Source: Vicugna vicugna (taxonomy: Eukaryota). Taken from it: a DNA stretch of 64,000 nucleotides. The position numbers were made by a program, and so were the translations under genes. Positions 13,300 through 24,399 of the stretch are shown here, piece after piece (position 1 is the stretch's first letter; each line of letters starts with the position of its first letter). The notes beneath the pieces were generated by a model. That model was not told where the DNA came from. It saw only the letters and a list, made by a program, of their open reading frames with translations, and ran no database searches. Where the stretch lies: NCBI GenBank assembly GCA_013265495.1, contig MU058290.1, positions 496,001 to 560,000 of the forward strand, written 5' to 3'.

Positions 13300-14247
13300 T
13301 TAGATTGTGTTAAAACTCCCCAGAACTTTCCTCAAGGCTGCCTTTATCTCCTTATTCCGTAGGCTATAGATGAGGGGGTTGAAGAGTGGGGTCACCATAG
13401 CATAGAACAAAGTTGCAACTTTCTGCATCCCAGGAGAATGTCCGAGTCCTGGGCTCACGTACATCACCATCAGAGAGCCATAGAAGAGGGATACCACAGC
13501 CAAATGGGACCCACAGGTAGAGAAGGCCTTCCGTCTCCCAGTGGCTGAAGGCATTCGCAACACTGCTAACAGGACAAGAGTATAGGACCCAAGGACGAAG
13601 AGGAAGTTACCAAAGATAACTAATGAGCTTAGAGTGTAGCAAAGCAGTTGGGTTTTTGGAGCAGAGACACAGGCCAATGCAAATAGTGGCCCTGGGTCAC
13701 ACACAACATGGTCAATGATGTTTGGACCACAGAAAGGCATCTGAGAGATGAGAATAATGGGGATCAGGAATGACAGAAATCCACAGACCCAGCAGATAAT
13801 GACCAGTTTGGTACAGAGATGCCCAGTCACGATATTAGGGTAGTGCAAGGGATGGAAGATAGCAAGGTACCGATCAAAAGCCATGGTGGCCAAAAGTAAG
13901 CATTCAGTTGTTCCCAAAGAAAAAAAGAAATAAAATTGGAAGAAACATCCAACAAAGGAGATGGTCTTTTTATCTGAGAGGAGGTTGACCAACATCTTGG
14001 GGACTGTAGAAGAGACATACCAGATCTCTAGAAAGGAGAAATTACCCAGGAATATGTACATGGGGATGTGGAGTCGCTGGTCACACCATAACGCACAAAC
14101 AATAGACCCATTCCCTGTTATGGTCAGAGCATATGTTGTAAGGAAGAGTGAGAAGAGGAGGATCTGAATTTTCCACTCACAAGAAAAACCTAAGAGTATA
14201 AATTCTCTTACAAAAGGAAAGCTGGACTCTGGCTCAGAGGTATTCAT
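13300..14247 (-). CDS. OR11H12: Olfactory receptor OR11H1/H2/H12-like, 315 aa from the first ATG (MNTSEPES...)
   Basis: Full OR motifs; closely matches recalled human OR11H1/2/12 (FSCEW.IQI.LFSLF..TYALTITGNG, IDHVVCDPGP, VSPGLGHS.GMQK, EIKAALRKVLGS). The track start at 14271 is a TTG inside a splice acceptor (ttttgaccttgcag, exon from 14259). The exact paralogue symbol is uncertain. Confidence 0.93.
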   Translation of the reverse strand: MNTSEPESSFPFVREFILLGFSCEWKIQILLFSLFLTTYALTITGNGSIVCALWCDQRLHIPMYIFLGNFSFLEIWYVSSTVPKMLVNLLSDKKTISFVGCFFQFYFFFSLGTTECLLLATMAFDRYLAIFHPLHYPNIVTGHLCTKLVIICWVCGFLSFLIPIILISQMPFCGPNIIDHVVCDPGPLFALACVSAPKTQLLCYTLSSLVIFGNFLFVLGSYTLVLLAVLRMPSATGRRKAFSTCGSHLAVVSLFYGSLMVMYVSPGLGHSPGMQKVATLFYAMVTPLFNPLIYSLRNKEIKAALRKVLGSFNTI

Positions 14248-15824
14248 TGGTTCAGTAACCTGCAAGGTCAAAAGACATGTGTTTATCAGTTAGGACTAGT
14301 TTCAAACATGTTCCTGTTTAGGAATGAAGAGAATACTCATTTTTCAAAAGAATCATCACTTAGGAAGAGAACGTAGTCTACTTGTTCTTGGCTGTATACT
14401 CTGAGTTTTGGGCACAGTAGGCAACTGGCTGCACAGAAATAAACGTTTGCCTGCTTCTAAATCTCTCCCTTACTAGGATAGAATGTTAAATGTGTTTTGT
14501 AAGCTTATTTTTGGGGGGGTGGCAGGGATGATCTATGATAGTTTCTTAACTTAAGATAGCTTAATAAACATACTAGTTTCCTACCCTAAACCCATATTAC
14601 GGTGCAATAGACTCAGTACAGAAAGTTTTGATTTTTCTATTTACATCTCAGTTAAATATGTTCTTAATATATTATTGAAATATGAAAAAGAAATGAACGT
14701 ATTTTGTAGTAAGTTGATAATAATCATTTTAAAGCCGATATCTCTGCATTCCTGTTGTTGTTAGCTTAGGCATCATAAAAATGTAATGCTATAAGGTTAC
14801 TTACCAACAATGACTTTTAATATTGTGATGTTGCAGTGTCTTCTGTAGAGTACAGTGGCCTTAAGATTTCATTAATCTTTCACTTAAACAGAAGTTTGCA
14901 AAATAAAAGCCAAATATGGGAGTTTATTTTTTGAAGAATTTTTTTTCCACAAAATTTTGGGATTCATTTTCCTTATATGCTTGTTTAAAATAAAAATCTT
15001 CCACGAGATGAAAGACGTCAGATGCTTTCTTTTGTCATAAGTAAACTTCCTTCATCCTACATTCTCATGAAAAAGTTGTCAGGGATCTGCCTTCTTTGAA
15101 ATTTTGCAGGGATGTGAGTCCTAAAAGTTGTGAGGGTTTATATTTTAGGCACAAACGCAAAATTTTCAAAAGGAATTTTTTCCCATCTATTCTTCACACC
15201 AGTGTTCTGAGAAATCGCTGCCAGGCTCAAAAGATGAAGCTATCATGGTTTTGATATTGACCAAATCTCTAAGGGCCTGTTTGATGCATCACCGCCTTCT
15301 AACTCCAGCTGGATAGAGAGATTTTTGTACACAAAAATTACGATTGCACTTTCTTTATCACAGGTTCTCCTGGGACTTGGTTTCTGTAGCATTAGGAAAG
15401 TTCTTGCCTAAGCCAATGATTCTTTAAAAAGTTAAACTATTGCACATTCTCTGAGGAATCAGTAAAGAGCAGTAACAACTTCTTTGAGGCACCATTATGT
15501 ATAAGTCACTTGCCCATCTGAAACAGGGACTCCAAAAGGCTTCTAGAAGACAAAGTTTGAAGAGCAATAAGATACAATGTGTCACCAAAAGTTTTGATTT
15601 CAACTTTAGGAACATTTCAAATATTATGCATCTGTTGGAGGATACAGAGGTGATATGCTGAGAACCCAATGAGGCAAATATTGAGGTATAGTAGAGTGTA
15701 AGGCATTGATGATAAAAATGCGGAGAATTTAGAAATAACTTTTGGAAGGACAGCATGATAGAATTCTTTAGATATGAAAGAAAAGGGCAAGAAATATCAA
15801 TATTTCAGTTAATTGACTGAAATA

Positions 15825-16150
15825 CTTCAGAAATAAGTCAGACAGAGAAAGGCAAATACTGTATGATATCACTGGTATGTGGATTCTAAAAATCACACCA
15901 AACTAGTGAATATTACAAAACAGAAATAGAATCACAGATACAGAGAACAAACTAGTGGTTACCAGTGGGGAGAGGGAAGGGGGTGGGGCAATGTAGACGC
16001 AGGGGATTAAACAAAGCGGTTAGTATGGGATTATATGAAATCGTGTGTGTGAAACTCTGAAAATCGTAAAGCAATATAGAATTTAAAGAATCTTTCATTC
16101 AATAAAAAACAAAGTGAATATCAAGAATTAAAATTAAAAAATAAAAATAA
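15825..16150 (+). mobile_element. L1 3' end with A-rich tail
   Basis: gaaataagtcagacagagaaaggcaaatactgtatgatatcac...aaactagtggttaccagtggggagaggg, then AATAAA and A-rich tail. Confidence 0.85.
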
Positions 16151-16154
16151 GAAA

Positions 16155-16535
16155 GAGTGAGTTTTCCATTCTCTTCAGTTCTATAGTTTTCCTGGGCGTA
16201 TTCCTCACTGGATTTCAAAGCCAGGTGTTTCAGGGGCTTTTCTCTCCAGGTCAGGATCTGATGTGGAGCTTAAGTCGCTCACTCCACAGGGAAAAGACCC
16301 ATACTTCTGTAATCCCCTCCAACTGTGGACGCCACAGCTGGGGTATGTTTTTCCCATTGGTGAGGTTTGACTCTCCCACCTGTCTCCATGCTCTCCTTTT
16401 ATCTTTTGTTGTGGAGGCTCTTCATCTAGTTTCCAGGTCCCTTTTTGAGGGAATTATTCCATTAAGTATTGTAGATTTATTGTGCTCATGTGATAAGGTG
16501 AGTTTAGGATCTTTGTAAGCCACCATCTTGAACCC
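16155..16535 (-). mobile_element. L1 5'UTR-like fragment, antisense
   Basis: Ends gccaccatcttg (caagatggtggc on minus), resembling the aagatggcgg YY1-site start of L1. Confidence 0.6.
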
Positions 16536-16539
16536 TCCT

Positions 16540-17710
16540 CAGCAATAACTTTTGAAATACAACACCAAAGGCATATTCAATGAAAGAAATCATTGATAAA
16601 GTGGACTTTGTGAAAGCTAAAAGCTTCCGTTCTGTGAAGACGCTAGAGAATGAGCATACAAGACACCCTGGGAGAAAATATTTTCAAAAGACATAGCTGA
16701 TAAAGGATTGTTGTCTAATACACACAAGATGCTCTTAAAACTCAACAGTAAGAAAGCGAGCAACCTAATTAAAAAATGGGCAAAAACCTGAAACAAAAAG
16801 CTCACTAAAGAATATATATAGACAGCAAAAAACATAGGAAAAGATGCTTAACATCATATATCATTAGGAAATTAAAATTAAAACAATGATCTATCACTTC
16901 ACACCTATTACAGTAACTAAATGCAAAACACTGACAACATCAAATGCTGACAAGGACATAGAGCAATACGAACTCTCATTCACTGCTGATGGGAATGCAC
17001 AGGCAGACAAAAACTCATCAGAGATGTAGAAGACCTGAAACACACTATGAACCAATCAGACATAATTCATCTTTATAGATCACTTTGTCCAAAAACATCA
17101 GAATACGCATTCTTTTGAAGTGCACACCGATCATTTACTAAGTAAGGCCATATTCTGGGCCACGATGTAAGTGTCAGTAAAATTTAAAGGATTCAAGTCA
17201 TACGTAGATATATACATAAATGTTCAAAGCAATTTTATTTATAAGAGCCAAAAACAGGAAACAACTCAGAAGTCCCTCAGCAGATGAATTGTTGAACAAA
17301 TTGTGGCATATACATACAATGGAATACTACTCAGCAATAAGAAGGAATGCACTACTGGTACGTACAACATGATAAATATCAAAATCAGTATGTTGAGTGA
17401 AAGAAGTCACACAACGAAAAGTACACACTACATGACTCAACTTTTATAAAACTCTAGAAAATTCAAACTAATGTAATAGAAAGCAGATTATCAGTCATCT
17501 GGGCAGGGAGGCTGTAAGGAGGGATGGGAAAGGGGAATGATTATCAAGAAATATAAAAGAGCTTTTAGAGGCTGATGGATGTGTTCACTATCTTGACTGT
17601 GATGTTTTCATGGTTGAATACATATATGAAAATTCATCAAATTGTACACTTTAAATATATGCAGTTTGTTATATGTTAATCACACTACAATAAAGTTACT
17701 TAAAAAATCT
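16540..17710 (+). mobile_element. Mosaic of old L1 ORF2 and 3'UTR fragments
   Basis: ctgggagaaaatatttt...taaaaaatgggcaaa...tcattaggaaatt; endonuclease-region piece at about 17010-17200; 3' end ...ggaatactactcagcaataa...caataaag. Confidence 0.85.
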
Positions 17711-18164
17711 AAAAGATCAAAATAAATGTATTTTACTCTAATATCAATGTTCTTTTTAAAAAATCTGGTATCTTAATAAATTTGACAGCCAGTGCATAAC
17801 TAGCAGGACCTTAAGTAATCATAGATAATACTGAAACAAATTAGCCAACTGACCAAGATCACCTATTTATAGAACATTAGGCGTGCAGTAGAGCATGCCA
17901 TCCATGGCAGGGTTTTCTGTTGGTGGTCATATATCACATTGGTCAGAATATGATTTTTATGGCAACTGGAACTAAACGTTAACTGAATCTGATTATTTCG
18001 GTCTAGTTGGAGATTAACTGCAGAAGACATCTCCTTAGTACTTACAGGTTAAATGAAAAATAATTAAAAACTTCACTGATGTTTAATGCTTAGTTGCTTT
18101 ACATGTGATTTTTCTTGTGTCCCTGTTCTGATTTCCAGAATATACAAAAGTTATCACGCTTAAT

Positions 18165-18295
18165 AAAGAAGTCCCCAAGAGATGTCCAATGTGAATTATT
18201 TTCATGATTCTTGTTCTGTCCAAAACAGAGAATAGGAAAATTTCACCCAAGGGATTCCTTCCGGTGGTGAATATATGTCAGGCTGAGGGAGACTT
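18165..18295. promoter_or_regulatory. Candidate OR promoter (O/E-like sites)
   Basis: tccccaagaga (18172-18182) and acccaagggat (18245-18255) resemble Olf1/EBF sites, with a gtaagt donor on each side. Confidence 0.35.
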
Positions 18296-20155
18296 CTTCC
18301 ATAGATACTGTCTCTGCTCAGCAGTGGGTGTTATCTCAAGCATCTATCAGAAGAGAAGAGTGAAAAGTAATCTGGTCTTAGAGAAAATCTGTGTCTAGTA
18401 AGTTCATATTCTTTGTGACTCTTTTTAAAAACAATAATTTAAAAAATATTTGTATATCTGTTTCATGCGTGGCCTCTGTGCTTGGAGTTATGTGTGGCTT
18501 GTTTAGCTTCTGACCTTTAAAGAGATAACTTATGGATTTTCTCCTCCCATTCTATTCCTATTGGAATTTCTATGGTCTCTTTTAACAACCGTGTACACAC
18601 CACCATGATGCTGTGCCTCAGAGATGCGCCCAGGTCCGCCTTGGGACGTCACAGCTCTGGTTATTAGCAACCTCCAGCTATCTTGGCTAAATGATCCTTG
18701 CCATTTTAGAAGATAAAGTATTTTATATCAGAGAGAGTACTGCATACCAAGATAACTTTTAGCATAGAGATAAGTTTAAAAAGTTACATATCCAATGAGA
18801 AGTGATATAAAACTCAGTTACTATCGGATTAATAGGATTTAATAGGATTAAAACTCATAACCTGAGAAAAAAGGAAGGCAGCTTTAGGTAGTGGAAGGAA
18901 GGTGAACTATCTCTCTGTGTACCTCACCCAGCGTCTATCTCAGGCCATCTATTACATTCTCTAAGTCCAAGTTTCTCTTTGTAAAATTATACATGTTGAG
19001 AATCTCACAGTTTTAGTACTATTCTTATCAAAAAAGTTAATGGAAGGACATCACATCTAGATAGGGATGAAAAATATATGTGGCTGCATTTTAATAGTTC
19101 AAAAAGAGTAATTCCTAATTTTTCAGTGTCACTAATCCTAAAGTTATCACTGATTTTTTTGGGGTGAAAATTTGCCCTGAGTTACAGAATTTCAAAGATG
19201 CTTTAAAAGAATGTGCTACTGCTCTTGTAGGTCTTCTTAAAATATTAAACCCCTCCTAGACAAAAGCAGACATGGAAGGTGAAAAAGTTGTTAAGCTCAT
19301 GGAAAGCAAGAAGCAAGTCTTGCCCTTGCACCTACATCCTACAGAGTCGCTAAGCATCTGCTTATCACTTTAGAGAAAATATAAGCAGTCAGTGTTTTAA
19401 AGAAAGGTGCTGCATGTCTCTTGCTTACAGAAGGTGGCTGGCTGCTCACTGAGATTGTTGCCAGTAAGCTTTGGACTTTAAACTGCATTTTAATGAATTA
19501 AGAAGGGAAATAAATATATTTATTAAACATGCACTGAGTACCAGAAAACTTTTGAATGCTTTCTGTGTATTTTCTGACTTAGCAAGTCTATTAGATTGAG
19601 TGTTCTCTTTCTACAGACGAGGAAATGGAAACAGAAATAAATTTAGCTCAAGGTCACAGGGTCAACAGTAATCCAGTTAGAGTTCAGACCAGATCTGACT
19701 AAAAGTCCATGGTTATTCTACTATTTATCCTAAATACTGGGTTAATGTTAATAGAGTAATTAGTCTACCAGTATCATGAATATTAACAATTTCAAAACTG
19801 ATGCAAAAATATGAATTGCTATTATTGGCACACTGTTCTCCAGCAATGTACACATTCATCTTTTAGCAAATTCTTGTCTCAAACACAGTTGAAATTCTGC
19901 TTTTATTAGCTGTCTTCTATGTTCCTTATTTCAGCAGGTACAAAACTAATTACTGAAAACTAATCCTGGAAAGATTTATCTTGACAAAGAAGAGTTTCAA
20001 GGTAAAGATCACACTATTCAAGTTTCTCAGGGGACATAAATCTATTGGGTGCAATATCAAAATATTTTCTTTAGAAATTAAACAAATTTCCATTATGGCG
20101 ATATGTTTGTACGTTGTGAGAATATTACTAAATGTTCCCCTTTTTACCACAAATG

Positions 20156-20352
20156 AGTGATTTACCTAATTTCTTTAAGAAATTCTTCTTTCTTTACATC
20201 CATTCTCTATGCTTCTGAGTTCTCAGTATAATGGGTGGGAAACTACTGCTCATGAGGAGGCAACAGTTTTCCTTGTTCACCAGCTCTCCTTGGCACCATC
20301 CTTGACATTTCAAAGGATAAAAGAAGCTGCAACACCCCCAAAGTAAAACAAA
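20156..20352 (+). repeat. Left copy of 197-bp inverted duplication
   Basis: Reverse complement of 24074-24270; about 14 differences by manual alignment. Confidence 0.95.
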
Positions 20353-20890
20353 ACCAAGGGAAATAAAGGGGGAAGAGAGAGATGCAGTTATCTTTCTACC
20401 ATTCCAGCTTGAGAGGAATTCTCAATTTACTTAAGGATAAACATAGGCAATATGTTTTTATATTTAGAGTTGAATAACTGGTGATCTCTGAAGTTTTAAC
20501 TTCACGTTCAGTCAGTACTAACAATCAAAGACATACTTTCCTTACACATCTGTAGCTTATTCTCATTTTAGAAAAGATACATTTTTAATTTTTGGCAGTA
20601 TTTCAAAACACCCATTGATATAATTGAAGGTAAATATTTTCTATTGATAAGCTTGAGTTATAAGGAGCTTCCATTCGAGTTGATCAAGTCAGAACCTGAG
20701 TCTGAGTGACCTTCCCCTTTGGTTAGTCCCTCTCTCACATAATTCTCCACTGACTTTTTTTGGGGGGTGGGGGGTAATGGATTTAGTTTACTAAGTGAAT
20801 TTCATTTAATTGTAATCCTAACCAATGATAAATTATGTGCCTGATACTGCATTTGAATTATCATGCCATGGTATTTATCACATGGCCTTC

Positions 20891-21057
20891 TTTTAAAATT
20901 TTTAAAAAAAATTTATTATTGTATTATTTAACTATTTTATTTTGGCTAGGAGGAGGTAATTAGATTTATTTATTTTCAAAGGAAGTACTGGAGACTGAAT
21001 CCAGGGCCTCATGCATGCTAAGCATGCAATCTACAACTTGAGCTATATCCTCCCCCA
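20891..21057 (-). mobile_element. tRNA-derived SINE (camelid vic-1-like)
   Basis: Minus strand gggggaggatatagctcaagttgtagattgcatgcttagcatgcatgaggccctggattcagtc has A/B boxes and an A-rich tail; flanking direct repeat atggccttc. Confidence 0.85.
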
Positions 21058-21290
21058 CTATATGGCCTTCAGAAAGGTTGCACCAACATATATTTTAGAG
21101 TAATAAAGTAAACGTTTAATTTTATGATGTCTTATAGAAGAGGTTCACCTGAAGCTTGAAGGAATCATATGCTTAATAGAGAGAAAATGTAATTTTGTGC
21201 CATGTCCTTTGTTCTGGATTTCAGTATCTGTTTACCATCATTTTCCTAAGTAGATGACTTAAATTTTAGTTATGAAGTTATAACAGCAAT

Positions 21291-21470
21291 TGCTGGTGCC
21301 CTACCCAGATTCTCTTCACTGGAGTAGTGGACTGAAGCTAATTTCTAGGTGACACCACAATCTTTTCTCAGCCTTGCATTTTGCTGTTCCCCTTTTTCAC
21401 TTCCTCCTTGTGAGAGCACCCTTTCAATTAATCACGCATAAGAATCCTATCTTGGAAAGCCAGTTTTAGG
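21291..21470 (+). mobile_element. LTR16-like (ERVL) LTR remnant
   Basis: tgctggtgccctacccagattc and gagcaccctttcaattaatcacgcataagaatcc resemble LTR16 termini. Confidence 0.5.
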
Positions 21471-21692
21471 CATTTTACTTCTCTTTTGGGCATAATGCCA
21501 TGATTATTTTGCCAAGATTTGTCTTCCCAATTATACTTTTCACTTACAGGTAAAGATGCTAACTTCAATGAAACTTAAATTTCAATTAGATAGAATTTCA
21601 ACTGAATTCTAAAAACAAGGTACCCTTTCTCATCCCACTAACTGACAGTCTGTCCTTCTCTCTAGGTTATTTTAGAGGACACGCTGAATAAA

Positions 21693-22631
21693 ATGGCTGA
21701 AGGAAATCTGTCTGTAGTGTCAGAATTTGTGCTTCTGGGACTTTGCTGGTCATGGGATATGCAGGTGTTACTCTTATTGATATTTTTTATGCTTTACCTG
21801 CTCATTGTATGTGGAAATATTGCCATCATGGTCTTAATCATTATTGACACCCAACTGCATTCCCCCATGTACTTCTTGTTGGCTAATCTGTCCTTTGTTG
21901 ACATGTGGCTTTCTTCAGTCACCACCCCTAAGATGATTACAGACTTTGTCACGGAGAACAAGACTATTTCCTTTGGAGGCTGCATGTGCCAGATCCTTTT
22001 TGTGCATTTTGTTGGAGGAGGTGAGATGGTGCTATTGGTGGTAATGGCCTACGACCGCTACGTGGCCATCTGCAAGCCACTCCACTATTCGACCATCATG
22101 AATCTGCAAAAAAGCTTTGGGCTTGTGGCGACTTCCTGGACCATTGGCTTTGTGCATGCCATGAGTCAAATGTTTGTGATTATGCGACTGCCTTTCTGTG
22201 GCCCCAGGGAAATTGACAGCTTCTTCTGTGATATACCACTAGTAATCAAGCTTGCCTGCATAGATTCCTATAACTTGGGAATATTAATGAATGCTGACAG
22301 TGGGGTACTGGCCATGACCTGCTTTATACTGTTGCTGATATCCTACACATATATTCTTCTCACTGTTCACCAAAGCTCTAAAATTGGTGCTTCCAGGGCC
22401 CTCTCTACCTGCACTGCCCACATCACAGTGGTGGTGCTCTTCTTTGGGCCCTGCATCTTCATCTATGTGTGGCCACTCAGCATCACCTGGGTGGACAAAT
22501 TTCTTGCTGTGTTTTACTCTGTCTTTACACCTCTCCTAAATCCAGCCATTTATACCCTGAGAAATAAAGAGATTAAAAATGCTATAAAGAGATTCAGAAA
22601 CTACTACGTGCATTCCAAGGGAAATATTTAA
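21693..22631 (+). CDS. Olfactory receptor, family 4 (OR4K-like), intact 312 aa
   Basis: Motifs LHSPMYFLL, MAYDRYVAICKPLHY, ALSTCTAHITVV and PLLNPAIYTLRN; sequon NLS; branch point cactaac (21636-21642) and acceptor ccttctctctag ending at 21665. Confidence 0.96.
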   Translation: MAEGNLSVVSEFVLLGLCWSWDMQVLLLLIFFMLYLLIVCGNIAIMVLIIIDTQLHSPMYFLLANLSFVDMWLSSVTTPKMITDFVTENKTISFGGCMCQILFVHFVGGGEMVLLVVMAYDRYVAICKPLHYSTIMNLQKSFGLVATSWTIGFVHAMSQMFVIMRLPFCGPREIDSFFCDIPLVIKLACIDSYNLGILMNADSGVLAMTCFILLLISYTYILLTVHQSSKIGASRALSTCTAHITVVVLFFGPCIFIYVWPLSITWVDKFLAVFYSVFTPLLNPAIYTLRNKEIKNAIKRFRNYYVHSKGNI

Positions 22632-24073
22632 TGCCCAGAAACCTCACTGTAAGCACTTCAGGTGACAATATATTGACCTATAAAAGAGGTTGAGAATTCT
22701 AGGCACTCAGTTTATAGCTACATGTTATGCCTGTCTCCAAGTACAGGAATAGAGTTAATAAAATTTAAGGAATTTCAACATTTATTAATCAACCAGTAGA
22801 GCACCATGAAATATTTCCATAAAATTCAAATACTTATAATCCTTCTTTGTGAGGGGATTATCTAATCAGTCTTCCTGTGCCTTTAACCATGTTAAATGAG
22901 AAGCTGAATTCATTCTACCAAGTCATACATCCATCCTGATGGGTAGCATCTTAATGAACTTCTCTTGAATTTTCTCCTAACTCCAATTTGAGAGCATTTC
23001 TGTGACACTGACTCCTTCTGTCAAATCTTTCACTTAACCTCTTTTCAAGAGAAAACCGAATTATTATTTAACTCTCTATCAAAATAATAATGAAAAGCTG
23101 TAGGGGAGAAATAAAGAGAGAATGAAATAACAGTGTACACTACATAGGAATAATAGTGGAGGTCAGAATAACATCAGAGGTTATTCTGTGTTTGGTTTCC
23201 ATTAACTCTTAAATAAAAGTGTAAAAAAAAGTAAAACCTAATGATATTTCTTTTGTTTATCTCAATCTCAAGGAGTAATATTTATATTTTAAATGATTAT
23301 TATTAATCATTTGTGTAGAAGTCTTGAAATACAAGCTCCTTAATGGGCTATGCCTTATCTAGTTAATTACTGAAACTTAGTAGTGGTTAATATATAATCA
23401 ACATTCAACAAATACATTTTAATGTATATATAGAGGCCAATCTTTCCATTCAAATACCCATAATATTTATCAGTCATGGTTTATCCAAGTATAACCTTTA
23501 TCGTTAAAAACAAATTCCTGAAAATTCAAATTATAAATAAAATTTACTTTAATTTATAATTTAAAATTATAAATTAAGTGAATTAAAATTCACTTGTAAG
23601 AATCAACAATGAAATTCCTAAAATAAAAACATGGCACAGATGCAGTTTTTATTTCTCTTACTATGGGAACAAAATACAAAAAAAATATCAGAAAAACAAT
23701 AATGTATTTATCATCCTTGAATGGCTACTCTAAGCCATTATGTTATACATATTATTTTGAATGCATTTATTATTATTCCCAAATTATGAATAAGAAAATT
23801 AGGCCCAGAAATATGAATTAAAGTTCTCAAGATAACACAACCTCGTTTTTTTCCTGCACTTAAGGATTCAAAGATAAATTTATTTTCAAGAGTATTCATT
23901 CATTAAATGACACTACCTAACACAATAGAAAATTATTTTCTACAAAGAAAGTGAAAAAGTACAGTATGCAAAGAATAAAACACCAGGGTATCTTCATCAA
24001 CCTAACAAAATAAAAAAACATATTGAAAATGGCATAATTTGCAAGCTAATTTGATTATGCAGTATAAATTAGC

Positions 24074-24270
24074 TTTGTTTTACTTTTGGGGTGTTGCAGC
24101 TTTTTTATCCTTCGAAATGTCAAGGATGGTGCCAAGGAGAGCAGGTGAACAAGGAAAACCATTACCTCCTCCTGAGCAGTAGTTTCCCCTCCCCTTATAC
24201 TGAGAACTCAGAAGCATAGAGAAAGAATGTAAAGAAAGAAGAATTTCTTAAAGAAATCAGGTAAATCACT
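24074..24270 (-). repeat. Right copy of 197-bp inverted duplication
   Basis: Reverse complement of 20156-20352. Confidence 0.95.
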
Positions 24271-24399
24271 TATATTGCCTTGTAATATAATTTGCCACAA
24301 CAAAATCCAAGTATTCCATGCTCTCAACTCAAACATTTTAGTCACTTACACATTTATCAGCAAGGCAAATTCCCCTTAATTCTCACCGGTTTCTTTTAT

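Noticed and set aside
20985..21057. tRNA gene (also 53820-53892)
   Set aside because: tRNA-like head followed by an A-rich tail and flanking repeats indicates a SINE.
20156..24270. Inverted arms as TIRs of a DNA transposon carrying an OR gene
   Set aside because: No target-site duplication at the outer ends (ccacaaatg vs tatattgcc), no transposase remnant and no recognisable TIR motif; a rearrangement scar fits better.
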